Assembly: GCA_963665325.3 (NCBI GenBank)
Contig: CAXXWS020000002.1
Coordinates: 992,001-1,056,000, forward strand
DNA from: Alphaproteobacteria bacterium
Lineage (GTDB): Bacteria; Pseudomonadota; Alphaproteobacteria; Bin95
Direction of reading: 5' to 3'
DNA length: 64,000 nt
Both the position numbers and the translations under genes were made by a program. The notes beneath the pieces were generated by a model. It saw nothing but the letters and a program-made list of their open reading frames with translations, had not been told where the DNA came from and did no database searches. Below, piece after piece: positions 1-10,079 of this stretch (position 1 is its first letter; the number at the start of each line of letters is the position of its first letter).

Positions 1-369
1 AATGCGCCGACCGACCATGTCTTCATTCGGGAAATCGAGCCCGACCCGGTGATGCTGTTCCGCTATTCAGCGATCACCTTCAACGGCCACCGCATCCACT
101 ACGACCGCAAGTATGTGACCGAGGTGGAAGGCTATCCGGGACTGATCGTCCACGGGCCGCTGACCACGACCCACATGCTGGAACTCGGCATGGCGCAGAT
201 GCCGGGGCGGCGCGTGGCCCGCTACGATTTCCAGGCCCGCGCGCCGCTGTTCGACAACGCTCCCTTCAAGGTCGCCGGCAAGCCGGGCGACGACGGCGCC
301 AGCCAGACGCTCTGGTCGGTGACGCCCGAAGGCAATCTGGGCACCGTCGGCACCGCCGCATACGAGTGA
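1..369 (+). CDS. MaoC/HTD2-like hot-dog-fold acyl-CoA dehydratase (mesaconyl-C4-CoA hydratase-like), 5' end outside window
   Basis: Open from position 1; motif LFRYSAITFNGHRIHYD...YPGLIVHGPL is typical of this family. Confidence 0.8.
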   Translation, partial: NAPTDHVFIREIEPDPVMLFRYSAITFNGHRIHYDRKYVTEVEGYPGLIVHGPLTTTHMLELGMAQMPGRRVARYDFQARAPLFDNAPFKVAGKPGDDGASQTLWSVTPEGNLGTVGTAAYE

Positions 370-1382
370 GCCGGAGCTGCCTCGCGCGCCCGGAACGATG
401 CGGTTCGCACCCCGCCGCGGAGCGCCTTGACCGCCAGGGCCACCCGGCGGCCGTAGCCCCGGTCGGCACGGCAGAAATGGCCGATTGAGCGGCAGACGGC
501 AGAGTCGCCGGCGGCGGTCCGCTGAACCTGCGACAGCGAGCCTGCGATCGCAGCGACGAGCCGTTCCCTTTCGGCCTCCGGCATGAGCCGGTAAAGGGTG
601 CCGGCCTGGGCGAAATCGTCCGCCTCGCGAACCCCGGCCGCGACGCCACCGCGCAGACCCTGGCATCGGTGGAAGTTCGGGGCCAGCCTGCAGCGGCGGG
701 ACTCGCCATAGGCAAACAGGCGGGCCTGCAGCATCCTGTCGGGGCTCGGGCCTACTCCGGTAACCATATGGCCGGGATCGAAGGCAGACCGTTCCACCTC
801 GGCGACACAAGTGTCGGGGAGGCGGTCGAGTGTCAACCGCCCGACCTCGATCAACGGGTAGTCGCCGTGCGGCCAGACCTTGGTAAGGTCGAAGGGGTCG
901 ATGCGGGATCCGGCAACATCGGCCTCAGGCATGATCTGCACGTTCAGCGTCCAGGACGGGAAGTTTCCATCCTCGACCGCCCTGTAGAGATCGTGCCGGA
1001 GATGCCGGGGAAACTCGCTTGAAATGCGGGCTGCCTCTTCCGTCGTGAGGCATTCGATGCCCTGGTCGGTCTTGAAGTGGAACTTCACCCAGAGGCGCTC
1101 ACCGGCGGCGTTGATCCACTGGAATGCGTGGGCGCCGTAACCGTCCATATGCCTCCAGCTTCGCGGCAACCCGCGGTCGCCGAACAACCAGGTGACCTGG
1201 TGCGTGGCCTCCGGGGAACGCGAGAAGAAATCCCACACATTGTCCGCGCGCTGCCGATCGGTATGCGGGTCCGTCTTCTGCGAGTGGATGAGGTAGGGTA
1301 ACTTCAACGGATCGCGAATGAAGAACACCGGAGAATTGCTGCCCGCAAGATCCCAATCGCCATCCTCGGTGTGAAGCTTCAA
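222..1382 (-). pseudogene. Decayed monofunctional heme catalase fragment
   Basis: Catalase motifs present (KLHTEDGDWDLAGSNSPVFFIRDP, VKFHFKTDQG, DLTKVWPHGDYPL, SPDRMLQARLFAYGE). The N-terminal part with the distal His is missing, the GNN motif reads GSN, the region after the proximal Tyr looks shortened, and the frame runs about 150 bp into the convergent gene. Confidence 0.8.
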
Positions 1383-1757
1383 CAGAAGGATTCCAAGTTC
1401 GGACTATCTGACGCAGGGTCGCTTTCTCTCCCTGAGAAGTCCTTTGAATAGAATGTCTTGATGGCACTGTCAAGGATATATTTTGCAGACACTGAGGACA
1501 ACAATTATCGAAGCTGTGTGGCCGATTTATGGTATCCAGGGAACTGGATAGTGTGGATAGGAGTAGGATCGGGGTGGTATTGATGACGTGCTGGTGCTGA
1601 TTTTCATTGGACCATAGGTAACGACATATGTACGATGCACCAGTGGGATGGGAGAAGCATGCATGCGGATCGGAACAGGAGGTTTATCGTCAACTGTCTC
1701 GCATAGGGGTAACCGTGTGTTGCCGAGCAGGGGCCTCGTTTCATACCGGAGGCGTCC

Positions 1758-2129
1758 ATGAGCGGCGGGGAGGAAGGGCGTCGCCAGCGCGCCGTGATGG
1801 CAACCGACGAGGAGTGGGAGCGCGTCGGGCGCAGGGCCGCGGCGAGCGGCATGGAGCTCTCGCGTTTCGTGATCCATCGCGCGCTGGCGACGGACATGCT
1901 GCCGCCGGAAGTCCTGCGCCGGGCGGTGCGGGAGATGCTGGCGATATCGCTGCTCGAGGAGCGGCGGCTGCGCGAGGCGGGTCTGGGCGCTGTCTGGGAT
2001 GATGCCTGCGACGCGGTGGACGAGTGGATCGACCGGGAGGGCATGCTGGGCCGCCTGACCGATCCCGGCGCGGCCAACCGCTGGAAGGCGGTGGGGCGGG
2101 AGCCGGATGACGAGGAGGAGGAGTCGTGA
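1758..2129 (+). CDS. Ribbon-helix-helix (MobC/CopG-like) relaxosome accessory protein
   Basis: GGAGG RBS; QRAVMATDEEWERVGRRAAASGMELSRFV fits a strand-helix-helix pattern; C-terminus resembles the RHH gene at 62038. Confidence 0.65.
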   Translation: MSGGEEGRRQRAVMATDEEWERVGRRAAASGMELSRFVIHRALATDMLPPEVLRRAVREMLAISLLEERRLREAGLGAVWDDACDAVDEWIDREGMLGRLTDPGAANRWKAVGREPDDEEEES

Positions 2130-2437
2130 CGGAAGAGGCGGCGCGTCCGCTCAGGCGCCAGCGGAGCCTGCATTGCACGCCGGCGGAGCAGGCGATGATC
2201 CGGGAGAAGGCGGCGGAGGCCGGCAAGCCGGTGTCGCGCCATGTGCTCGACCTTGCGCTTGCCGACGACCCGGACCGTCACTCCCTGGTGCTGACGGAGG
2301 AGGAGCAGCGCGAACTCGCGGATGGCATTCGCGAGGTGGGGGCGTTCGTGCTGGCGCTGAGGCGCGAGCTTCCGGGCGGCAGCGGCCTCAGCCTGCTGGG
2401 AGCGATCTCGCTGCTGGCGCGGGAGCGGAGCCGATGA
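2126..2437 (+). CDS. Ribbon-helix-helix MobC-like protein
   Basis: GTGA overlap with upstream gene; QRSLHCTPAEQAMIREKAAEAGKPVSRHVL is MobC-like. Confidence 0.65.
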   Translation: MTEEAARPLRRQRSLHCTPAEQAMIREKAAEAGKPVSRHVLDLALADDPDRHSLVLTEEEQRELADGIREVGAFVLALRRELPGGSGLSLLGAISLLARERSR

Positions 2438-2928
2438 GGCGGGCGAGACGGGGCCGCAGGGCGAAGCCGTCCTCGAAGCATATCTCGATCTCGGCGTGGG
2501 ACAGCGAGTGGGAGACCGTGCGCCGGCATGCGGACCGGCGGGGCCTGTCGATCGCGCGCTACCTTGTGGGCCTGGTGGAGCGCGGCGGCCCGGAGGAGAT
2601 AGCGGGTCCGGCGCTCGCGCTCAACGCCACCGAGCAGCGGGAGTTGCTGGCGGCGGTGCGGGAGGTCCGGTCGCTGATGCTGGAGGGCGCGGATGCGGAC
2701 CCATTGGTGCGGGACATGCAGGAGCGGATCGCGGTGCAGTTCGCCGCCTGGATGTCGGCCATGGCCGGCGCGGGCCGCGGGGAGGAGCTGCACGCCGCGC
2801 TCGCCTCGGTGCTGGGCGAGGACCGCGCCCGCCTGGTCGCCGCCTCCGTCGCGCCTGCGGCTGCCGGGGAGGAGCGGCCCGGAGACGCGGCGCAACCGGA
2901 AGACCCGGACGGGGGCTTGTCGTCGTGA
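2434..2928 (+). CDS. Ribbon-helix-helix-type protein
   Basis: ATGA overlap at 2434; HISISAWDSEWETVRRHADRRGLSIARYLV is RHH-like. Confidence 0.6.
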   Translation: MRRARRGRRAKPSSKHISISAWDSEWETVRRHADRRGLSIARYLVGLVERGGPEEIAGPALALNATEQRELLAAVREVRSLMLEGADADPLVRDMQERIAVQFAAWMSAMAGAGRGEELHAALASVLGEDRARLVAASVAPAAAGEERPGDAAQPEDPDGGLSS

Positions 2929-3019
2929 CGGCTCTGGCACTCCGGACGGGAACTGCAGGTCCGTGCGGCAGCGGTCCCGGGCGCTGCGGACCGCCGGCGA
3001 GGAGACCGTATGGCGGAGG

Positions 3020-3350
3020 TTCTACAATATGAGAGGCGGCACCGTTACTTCGGACCGGTTATATGGTCATAAGGTTAGTGTCGGTCTTATGTTGTCCGAA
3101 TATCATTTCATGATGGCGCTTGGATGCATAGAAATGTCATTTCTGTGTTGTGCATGGCGATATTGAATTTCTGCATTTTCAGGGCCGTGTGGGCGACGGT
3201 TCCTACAGGGTATGACCGGCATGGTCATATATGCCGTTCGATACAGGTCCGCGAATGGCGCGAAGTCCGGGAGGCGGGCTTTCGACGCCGCCGGTCGCTC
3301 GAGACGGGTCCGGACGTAACGTTATGGACAGTGATGAAGAGGGGTGATGA
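3020..3350. promoter_or_regulatory. AT-rich intergenic region with inverted repeats; candidate oriT/promoter of the left mobilization module
   Basis: Perfect IRs AGAAATG-T-CATTTCT (3130-3144) and TATGACC-N5-GGTCATA (3211-3229); ATGGTCATA also at 3063; lies between the RHH genes and the relaxase operon. Confidence 0.4.
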
Positions 3351-3353
3351 GAC

Positions 3354-4016
3354 ATGACGGCGGGACAGGACGAAGCGGACCCGAGGAGGCCGAACCTTCT
3401 GGCGGGCGTGCCGGGAGAGCCGGCGGCGCCGGGCGGCGGTCCGGCCGGGTTCGAGGCGCTGCTGACGACGGTGCTGGAGATGCGGGAGGAGCTGGCCGGG
3501 TTGCGGAAGGAGGTGCGGGCGGAACGGCCCGAGCCGGTGACACGGGAGGAGTTGGAGGCCTGGGGCGAGCGGTTGCTGAAGCGGTTCGACGATACGGATG
3601 TGCCGGAGCGCGCGGTGGCCGACGACGGCATTCTGATCGTGGCGGACTGTGCGGCGCGGATGACCGATGCGGCCCGAAAGATCGAGGAGGGAGCGGCCGG
3701 GGCGGAGAAACGGCTGACGGCCCGGATTGGCGCTGCCGAGGAGGCGCTCGCCGACAGGCTCTCCGCGATCGATGCGACGAAGGCGGTGGGTCAGGTCAGT
3801 AACGCGGCAGGGCGCATCGAGACGGAGCTCGCCGGGTTCCGGAACCGTGTCGACGACCGTTTCAACCATGTCGCGCCCATGGTCACCTATATTCGGGACA
3901 CGGTTCGCGAGCTGAAATTCACCTGGCGGATATTTATCGCGCCCTGGGCGCTTGGCATGTTCATTGCGGGCTTTGTCTTCGCCATCGTCACCAGACTGGT
4001 CGACCGGCTGTCATGA
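3354..4016 (+). CDS. Coiled-coil protein with C-terminal transmembrane segment (possible mobilization accessory)
   Basis: Heptad-rich body, hydrophobic C-terminus IFIAPWALGMFIAGFVFAIV; directly upstream of the relaxase. Confidence 0.6.
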   Translation: MTAGQDEADPRRPNLLAGVPGEPAAPGGGPAGFEALLTTVLEMREELAGLRKEVRAERPEPVTREELEAWGERLLKRFDDTDVPERAVADDGILIVADCAARMTDAARKIEEGAAGAEKRLTARIGAAEEALADRLSAIDATKAVGQVSNAAGRIETELAGFRNRVDDRFNHVAPMVTYIRDTVRELKFTWRIFIAPWALGMFIAGFVFAIVTRLVDRLS

Positions 4017-4072
4017 GGCAGGCCGCCGTTTGCCCGCTCCGGCCTGTGCCGGCGGCGGGGTAGTTCCGCCCC

Positions 4073-7000
4073 ATGGTCGCGACGTTCGTCGAGCTCAGGT
4101 CTTCGGCCGTCACGGTCTCCTATTTCGAGCGGGACGGCTACTACGCGAAGAACGACCCGGAGCACCGACAGGCAAGCTTCTGGCACGGGGGCGCGGCGCA
4201 GGCGCTGGGCCTGAAGGGCCATGTGCGCCCGAAGCGGTTCGAGGCCGTGCTTGCGGGGTTCGTGCCGGGCACGGACATCCGGCTGGGGCGGATGCGCGAG
4301 GGCGAGCGCGATCACCGCCCCGGCTGGGACCTTACCTTCTCGGCGCCGAAGTCGGTGTCGATCGAGGCGCTGGTGATGGGCGACCGGCGGGTGATCCGGG
4401 CGCATGACGAGGCGGTGCGCGCGACGCTCGACTGGGTGGAACGGGACCTGTTGCAGACGCGGGGGTGGGACCCGGCGACGCGGCGGCGCCCGCGGGTGAA
4501 GGCGGGCGGCATGGTCGCGGCCGGGTTCCGGCACCTGACCAGCCGCGACCGGGACCCGACGCTGCACACGCACTGCGTGCTGGCCAACATGACGCGCAAT
4601 GCGGCCGGCGAGTGGCGCAGCGTCGAGCCGACAGCCATCAAGTGGAACAAGAAGCTGATCGGGTCCTATTACCGCAACGAGCTGGCGCGGCGGCTGGAGG
4701 CGCTCGGCATGGCGGTCGCGCCGCGGCTGGTCGGACGCATCCCGGGGTTCGAACTTGCGGGCTACTCGCGCGATTTCGTCGAGGCGTTCTCGGCCCGGCG
4801 GCTGGCGATCGAGGCGGACCTGAAGCGCCGCAACCTGCCATACACGGCGAAGAACGCGCAGGCGGCGGCGCTGCGCACCCGCAGGCGCAAGAGCGAGGAG
4901 AGCCTGGCGGACCTCGTGCCGGAATGGCGCGCGCGGGTCCGTGAGCTGGGCCTCGTGCGCAAGAAGGCGGAGCTCGCGCCGCCCCGGCCGCTCGACCCGG
5001 TGACAGGCGAGCGGACGGCGCCGCCATGCATGCCGGCGCTCCATATGACGGCGAACGAGCTCAGGCGGCAGAGGCGCGCGCCGGCCCTGCCGAAGCTGCC
5101 GCGCGACGGGGCGGCGGTCCGGGCGGACAAGGCGTCCCTGCGGCTGGCGCGCTCGACGGCGCGGGCGGAACTCTCATATGAGCCGGCGCCAGGCCTGCCG
5201 GAAGCGGTCGCGCGCGCGGTGGCGCATGTCGAGGAACGGCGGGTGCGCATCCCGGAGGCCGAGATAAGGGCCGTTGCGCTCGGCCATGCGCCGGGGCGCT
5301 ACACGCTGGCAGAGGTCGATACCGCCATCGCACGCCTGGTGCGGAGCGGCGAGCTGGTCGAGACCGGGAGCCGGGGCGCTGACCGGGCCTTCGTCACCGA
5401 CCGCGCCGTGAAGACCGAGCGGCGCATGCTGGCGTCGATGCGCGCGGCGCGCGGCGAGGGGCGGGCCGAAGCGGACCCGGACACGGTCGCCGCACGGCTC
5501 CGGGAGAGCGGCCTCACGAGCGGCCAGCAGCAGGCGGTCCGCACGATCCTGCTCTCCCTCGACCGGATCGTCGGCGTGCAGGGCCATGCCGGCAGCGGCA
5601 AGACCACCATGCTGCGCACGGTGAAGGAGTTGCTGGACGGCAGGACGATCATGGGCCTTGCGCCCTCGGCGTCGGCGGCCAGGGTTCTGGCAAGGGAGGC
5701 GGACATCCCGTCCCGGACGCTGCAATGGTTCCTCACCCGCCACGGGGACCTATCCGATCCCGCGCGGTTCGCCCGGGCGCGGGCGGAGTTCGGGCGCGCG
5801 GTGCTGGCGGTGGACGAGGCCTCGATGATCGACACGGTGCGCATGGAGGCGCTGCTCCGGATCGCGCGCACCCTCGGCGTGGCCCGCATTGTCCTGGTCG
5901 GCGACACGGCGCAGCTCAGGGCCGTCGATGCGGGCCAGCCCTTCCGCGTGCTGCAGAAGGCCGGCATGGCGACGGCGCTCATGGACGAGGTGCTGCGCCA
6001 GAAGGACCCGGAGCTGAAGACGGCGGCGGGCAGCGCCCGGGCGGGCGAGCCGGGTGCCGCCATCGCCGGCCTGGGCCGGCGGGTGCATGAATATCCCCGC
6101 GAGGAGCTGGGACTGGAGGCGGGCCGGCGCTGGCTGGCGCTCTCGCCGGAGGACCGCGCCGACGCCCTCATCCTGGCGCCCACCCATGCGATCCGCCGGC
6201 AGGTGAACGAGACCGTGCGCGAGGGGCTGGCGGCGGAGGGTCTGCTGCACGGGCGCGTGCTCGCGATCGACCGCCTTGTGGACCGCCGCCTGACGCGCGC
6301 GCAGGCCTCCGACATACGCAGCTACGAGCCGGGCGACACCATCGTCTTCCACCGCGACGTCTTCGGCTGCCGGACGGGCGACGTCTGCATGGTGACGGGC
6401 AAGGATGAGGGGCATGTGGCGATGGACGGCCCGGACGGCGGCGAGCGCCGGTTCCGGCCCTCGGGCAATGCGGCGGCATATTTCGGGCTCTACGACGCGG
6501 AGCGGATCGAGGTCATGGCGGGCGACCGCATCCGCTGGACCCGCAACCGCAAGGCCCCGCCCGCGCGGTTCGGCCATCCTCGTCAGCCGGACCTGGTAAA
6601 CGGCGGCGAGGCGGAGATCGTGGAGATTGACCGCCAGCGGGTGCTGTTCCGCGACGATGCCGGCCGGACGTTCCCGCTCCGGCGCAAGGACCCCCAGCTT
6701 CGCCACCTGGACCATGCATACGGCTCCACCGTGCATGGCGCGCAGGGCCGCACCGCGCGCGCCGTCATCGCGGTGCTGGACGCGCACGGCGCCGTCGACC
6801 GGGCGATGTTCCACGTCGAGGTGAGCCGGGCCTCGGAGTCGTTCCTGCTGCTGACCGACGACCGCGAGGCGCTGGTGGAGATGCTGGAGGTGCGCCCCGA
6901 CCGCGAGGACGGCGCACTGGAGGCGCTCGGGCTCGACCCGGCCGCTCTGCCCGTCGTCGAGCCGGAGCTGTTCGAGGCGCTGGCGGCGGACTGGCGCACC

Positions 7001-8911
7001 CTGCAACGGCAGGGCGAGGAGACGGATACGCCGCCGTTCCTGCTTCCGGGCGCAGACGAGGTCATGGCGCGCGCGGTCGCGCTCTCCCTCGTTGAGGAGT
7101 TGCCGGCGGATATGCGGGCATTCGTGGACGGCATGCTGGCGGAACACGAACGCCATGCCGCGCATGAGCGGGACGCGCGGGGCCTCATGGAGCGCCTCCG
7201 CGCGCACTGGTGGCGCTGGCCGGAGCTCGGCTGGCTGGCGTCGGCGCAAGGCTGTGCGCCCGAGGAGCTGCCGGAACATGCCGCCTGGCGCGAGGAGGGC
7301 GCGGCGCTGCTGGCCGAGGCGCGCGGTCTGGAAGCGATGCCGGGTCTTGCCGCCGGGCTTGAGGGCGAGATGGCGGCGCTGGAACGCATGAGGCTGCGCG
7401 ACGATTGCGAACGGTTCCGACGGGACCGGGTGGCGCTCGGCGCGAGCGCCGTCCGCGCGGGCGTGCCGGAAGTGCACCTGGAGGGCTGCGCGGAGGTCGC
7501 CGAACTGGCCGGACGGCTCTCGGAAGCCGAAAACATCGACCCGGCCGACCGGCGCATTGCCGTGTTGTGGCTGAGGGTCCATGACCGGCAGTCGGCGCTT
7601 GCCGATGCGGTCCGCTCCCTGCCGGGCCGGATGGAAGCATGGCGGGCGCGGCGGGAAGCCGACCTGCCGCTCGACGGGCATGGCGGGGCCGATCCGGTCG
7701 ATCCCGCCTGCCGCGCCTGGCGCGAGGAGGGCGACGCGCTCAGGGACGAGACGGAGGCCATGCTCAGGGCGGGAAGCCCCCACCGCCGCCACATGGACGC
7801 CATGCCGGGCGCGCGGGAGGCCGTCGCCGTGGCGCTTGCGGAGATCGACGGCGCGGTCTTTGAGGACCGCTACGGGCGGTTCGCCTGGTTGGCGCGGCAT
7901 GTGGCGGGAAGGGCGAGGGAGACTGAAACCGAACCCTGCTACGTGCCCCGCTTCCGCGAGGCGGTCGCGCATGCCGCCGTGCTCCACGGCGAGGACGCTC
8001 TCACCGAAAACGGCAGCAAGGCCGTCGCCTCCTGGCTCGACTATGACCTGACATGCGAACGGCTCCGCCGGGAGATCCGGGACTGGCCGGCGCGCGCCGA
8101 TGCGCTCGCGGGCGAACGGATGGGGCCGGGGAGTGACCTCGGAGCGATGCGGCGGTGGCGCGCGGGGGCGGAGCCGTTGCTGGCCAACGCCCGCGCCATG
8201 CTGGCGGGGGGAAGCCCGCATGCGCCCCACCTGACGGCCATGCCGGAGGAACGCAAGCTGCTGGTCGAGACCGCCGGCCGGCTCGGCGGCGCGCTTGTCG
8301 AAGTCGAGACGGCGGAACTGGGCCGCCTTGCGGAGATCGCCGAAGAGGCCGCCGAACGAGCCGGCGGCATCGCGTTCGACACGGACGAATTTGCCGAACT
8401 GATGGAGCGCGTGCATGCGCTCGACGCCCGCCCCGCCCTGCCGGACAATCTGCGCGAGGCCGTCCGGGGCCATCTCCAACGGCATGAGCGCCTGGAGGAA
8501 GACCGCGCCAATGTCGATGCGTTCCTCGACCTCGCCGGCCAGCTGCTGCACGACCGCGACCGCATGGACCGCACGCCTCCCGAGGGCCGGGCGCAGGCGG
8601 CGCTGCCGCTCACATGGGAGGAATGGAAGCGGGACGCCGACGCGATACTCGCGAACGCAGGATCCCTCCGGCGGGACATTCCGGAACGGGAGCTCAAGGC
8701 CCATCTCGCCGCCGCTCGCGCCGGGCCCGGCGCCATCGAGGAAGCCGCCGGAAATATCGCGGACCGGATCGGGCAGGACGAGAAAGCCCGCGCCGCCGCA
8801 GAGCGGAAGCGCCAGGCCGGGGAACAGGCCCGGATCGCTGCCGAGCAGCGGAGGCTCGAAGAAGAACGCAGGCGGGACCGGAGCGAAGGCGGCGGAATAT
8901 CCATGTCGTAG
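4073..8911 (+). CDS. MOBF (TrwC/TraI-type) relaxase-helicase with long repetitive C-terminal extension
   Basis: N-terminal YFERDGYY, DLTFSAPKSVS, HUH motif DPTLHTHCVLAN, Walker A VQGHAGSGKTT, VDEASM, HAYGSTVHGAQGRT. Confidence 0.92.
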   Translation: MVATFVELRSSAVTVSYFERDGYYAKNDPEHRQASFWHGGAAQALGLKGHVRPKRFEAVLAGFVPGTDIRLGRMREGERDHRPGWDLTFSAPKSVSIEALVMGDRRVIRAHDEAVRATLDWVERDLLQTRGWDPATRRRPRVKAGGMVAAGFRHLTSRDRDPTLHTHCVLANMTRNAAGEWRSVEPTAIKWNKKLIGSYYRNELARRLEALGMAVAPRLVGRIPGFELAGYSRDFVEAFSARRLAIEADLKRRNLPYTAKNAQAAALRTRRRKSEESLADLVPEWRARVRELGLVRKKAELAPPRPLDPVTGERTAPPCMPALHMTANELRRQRRAPALPKLPRDGAAVRADKASLRLARSTARAELSYEPAPGLPEAVARAVAHVEERRVRIPEAEIRAVALGHAPGRYTLAEVDTAIARLVRSGELVETGSRGADRAFVTDRAVKTERRMLASMRAARGEGRAEADPDTVAARLRESGLTSGQQQAVRTILLSLDRIVGVQGHAGSGKTTMLRTVKELLDGRTIMGLAPSASAARVLAREADIPSRTLQWFLTRHGDLSDPARFARARAEFGRAVLAVDEASMIDTVRMEALLRIARTLGVARIVLVGDTAQLRAVDAGQPFRVLQKAGMATALMDEVLRQKDPELKTAAGSARAGEPGAAIAGLGRRVHEYPREELGLEAGRRWLALSPEDRADALILAPTHAIRRQVNETVREGLAAEGLLHGRVLAIDRLVDRRLTRAQASDIRSYEPGDTIVFHRDVFGCRTGDVCMVTGKDEGHVAMDGPDGGERRFRPSGNAAAYFGLYDAERIEVMAGDRIRWTRNRKAPPARFGHPRQPDLVNGGEAEIVEIDRQRVLFRDDAGRTFPLRRKDPQLRHLDHAYGSTVHGAQGRTARAVIAVLDAHGAVDRAMFHVEVSRASESFLLLTDDREALVEMLEVRPDREDGALEALGLDPAALPVVEPELFEALAADWRTLQRQGEETDTPPFLLPGADEVMARAVALSLVEELPADMRAFVDGMLAEHERHAAHERDARGLMERLRAHWWRWPELGWLASAQGCAPEELPEHAAWREEGAALLAEARGLEAMPGLAAGLEGEMAALERMRLRDDCERFRRDRVALGASAVRAGVPEVHLEGCAEVAELAGRLSEAENIDPADRRIAVLWLRVHDRQSALADAVRSLPGRMEAWRARREADLPLDGHGGADPVDPACRAWREEGDALRDETEAMLRAGSPHRRHMDAMPGAREAVAVALAEIDGAVFEDRYGRFAWLARHVAGRARETETEPCYVPRFREAVAHAAVLHGEDALTENGSKAVASWLDYDLTCERLRREIRDWPARADALAGERMGPGSDLGAMRRWRAGAEPLLANARAMLAGGSPHAPHLTAMPEERKLLVETAGRLGGALVEVETAELGRLAEIAEEAAERAGGIAFDTDEFAELMERVHALDARPALPDNLREAVRGHLQRHERLEEDRANVDAFLDLAGQLLHDRDRMDRTPPEGRAQAALPLTWEEWKRDADAILANAGSLRRDIPERELKAHLAAARAGPGAIEEAAGNIADRIGQDEKARAAAERKRQAGEQARIAAEQRRLEEERRRDRSEGGGISMS

Positions 8912-9159
8912 AACTCATGCTTGAATCCGTGTGCGCCGCTCCCGCAATGCCAGATGCGATTGAAGTCATGTTGCAGGATGGCAATGAGCGCATGGCTATC
9001 TCATCCACCATCGTCGGGCAGGGTCCCTGCAGGACGGAGATGTCGAAACCCGCCCTGCCGTCATGGTTGTATCCCCGTTTCCCGCCGCAAACACCGCGGC
9101 GCCGACATCGCAATACTCGTCGTGCTCTACAAAGGCCGGACGCGTAGAAATGGCCACGG

Positions 9160-9519
9160 CTACCGGCGGCCGATGGTACTGTCGTTACCGTCCGAGCCCA
9201 TGGCGCGCATAACCAGATGGTCGGTAACGTCATTGAAGTAGAATTGCAGTTCGGTCTGAAGCTGGCTGAACTCGGCCCATACCACGCGGTCGAAGGACCG
9301 TCCGGGGGCCCGCACCATGACGATTGTGCGCCGCTGCCGCGCATAGCGGAAGGGGTGTAGGCCGTGCTTGCGGCAGACGGCGACGAACAACCTGACCGAC
9401 CACATGTCGGGCAGCGAGAACCGGAGCTCGGTTTCCGGTCCGCCGTCGCTGCCGATATTCGTCACCGTCGCGACCATGGCGCCATCCTGCCCCGGAGGGC
9501 GGGACAAGGGCAGCCGCAT
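9160..9519 (-). CDS. Conserved hypothetical protein, possibly N-terminally truncated
   Basis: FSLPDMWSVRLFVAVCRKHGLHPFRYARQRRTIVMVRAP resembles a family of small hypothetical proteins recalled from mobile regions; start uncertain. Confidence 0.5.
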   Translation of the reverse strand: MRLPLSRPPGQDGAMVATVTNIGSDGGPETELRFSLPDMWSVRLFVAVCRKHGLHPFRYARQRRTIVMVRAPGRSFDRVVWAEFSQLQTELQFYFNDVTDHLVMRAMGSDGNDSTIGRR

Positions 9520-9650
9520 TCCGCGCCGCCTGCGGGCGCCGGTCCTGTCTGTGCCGTCCTCGCCCGGCGCCCGGTCGTCGAATTTTGTTGCATGACGGTT
9601 TTGCGGCGATTATTGGGCCGTTGTTGAGGGTTGAATGTGTATCGGAGGAC

Positions 9651-10079
9651 ATGGCGATGGGTGCGTTTTCGTTTCGCGGCTTGTTGCGTGCGCTTCTCTT
9701 GATTAAGATCAAGTCATCCGGCCGGATCGCCGGATCGCCGGATCGCCGGATCGCCGGATCGCCGGATCGCCGGATCGCCGGATCGCCGGATCGCCGGATC
9801 GCCGGATCGCCGGATCGCCGGATCGCCGGATCGCCGGATCGCCGGATCGCCGGATCGCCGGATCGCCGGATCGCCGGATCGCCGGATCGCCGGATCGCCG
9901 GATCGCCGGATCGCCGGATCGCCGGATCGCCGGATCGCCGGATCGCCGGATCGCCGGATCGCCGGATCGCCGGATCGCCGGATCGCCGGATCGCCGGATC
10001 GCCCCACCTGCGTCCGCGTGACGGCCATGAGCGTTTCTGCATGGCTGCGCCGGCCGGGCTGTCCTTCCTCCCCGCCTGA
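9651..10079 (+). CDS. Leader ORF reading through the 8-bp repeat; putative out-of-frame 5' end of autotransporter 1
   Basis: GGAGG at 9644-9648 before ATG 9651/9657; reads (RIAGSPDR)n and stops at 10079; one base out of frame with the ORF at 10018. Confidence 0.5.
   Translation: MAMGAFSFRGLLRALLLIKIKSSGRIAGSPDRRIAGSPDRRIAGSPDRRIAGSPDRRIAGSPDRRIAGSPDRRIAGSPDRRIAGSPDRRIAGSPDRRIAGSPDRRIAGSPDRRIAGSPHLRPRDGHERFCMAAPAGLSFLPA
9721..10003. repeat. Simple sequence repeat (GCCGGATC)x35
   Basis: 280 bp of perfect 8-bp units (9721-10000) plus GCC. Confidence 0.99.

Noticed and set aside
9721-10003. Octamer tracts as CRISPR arrays or as genuine SGDPAIRR repeat proteins on the minus strand
   Set aside because: No spacers; every frame on both strands is open simply because the unit has no stop codon
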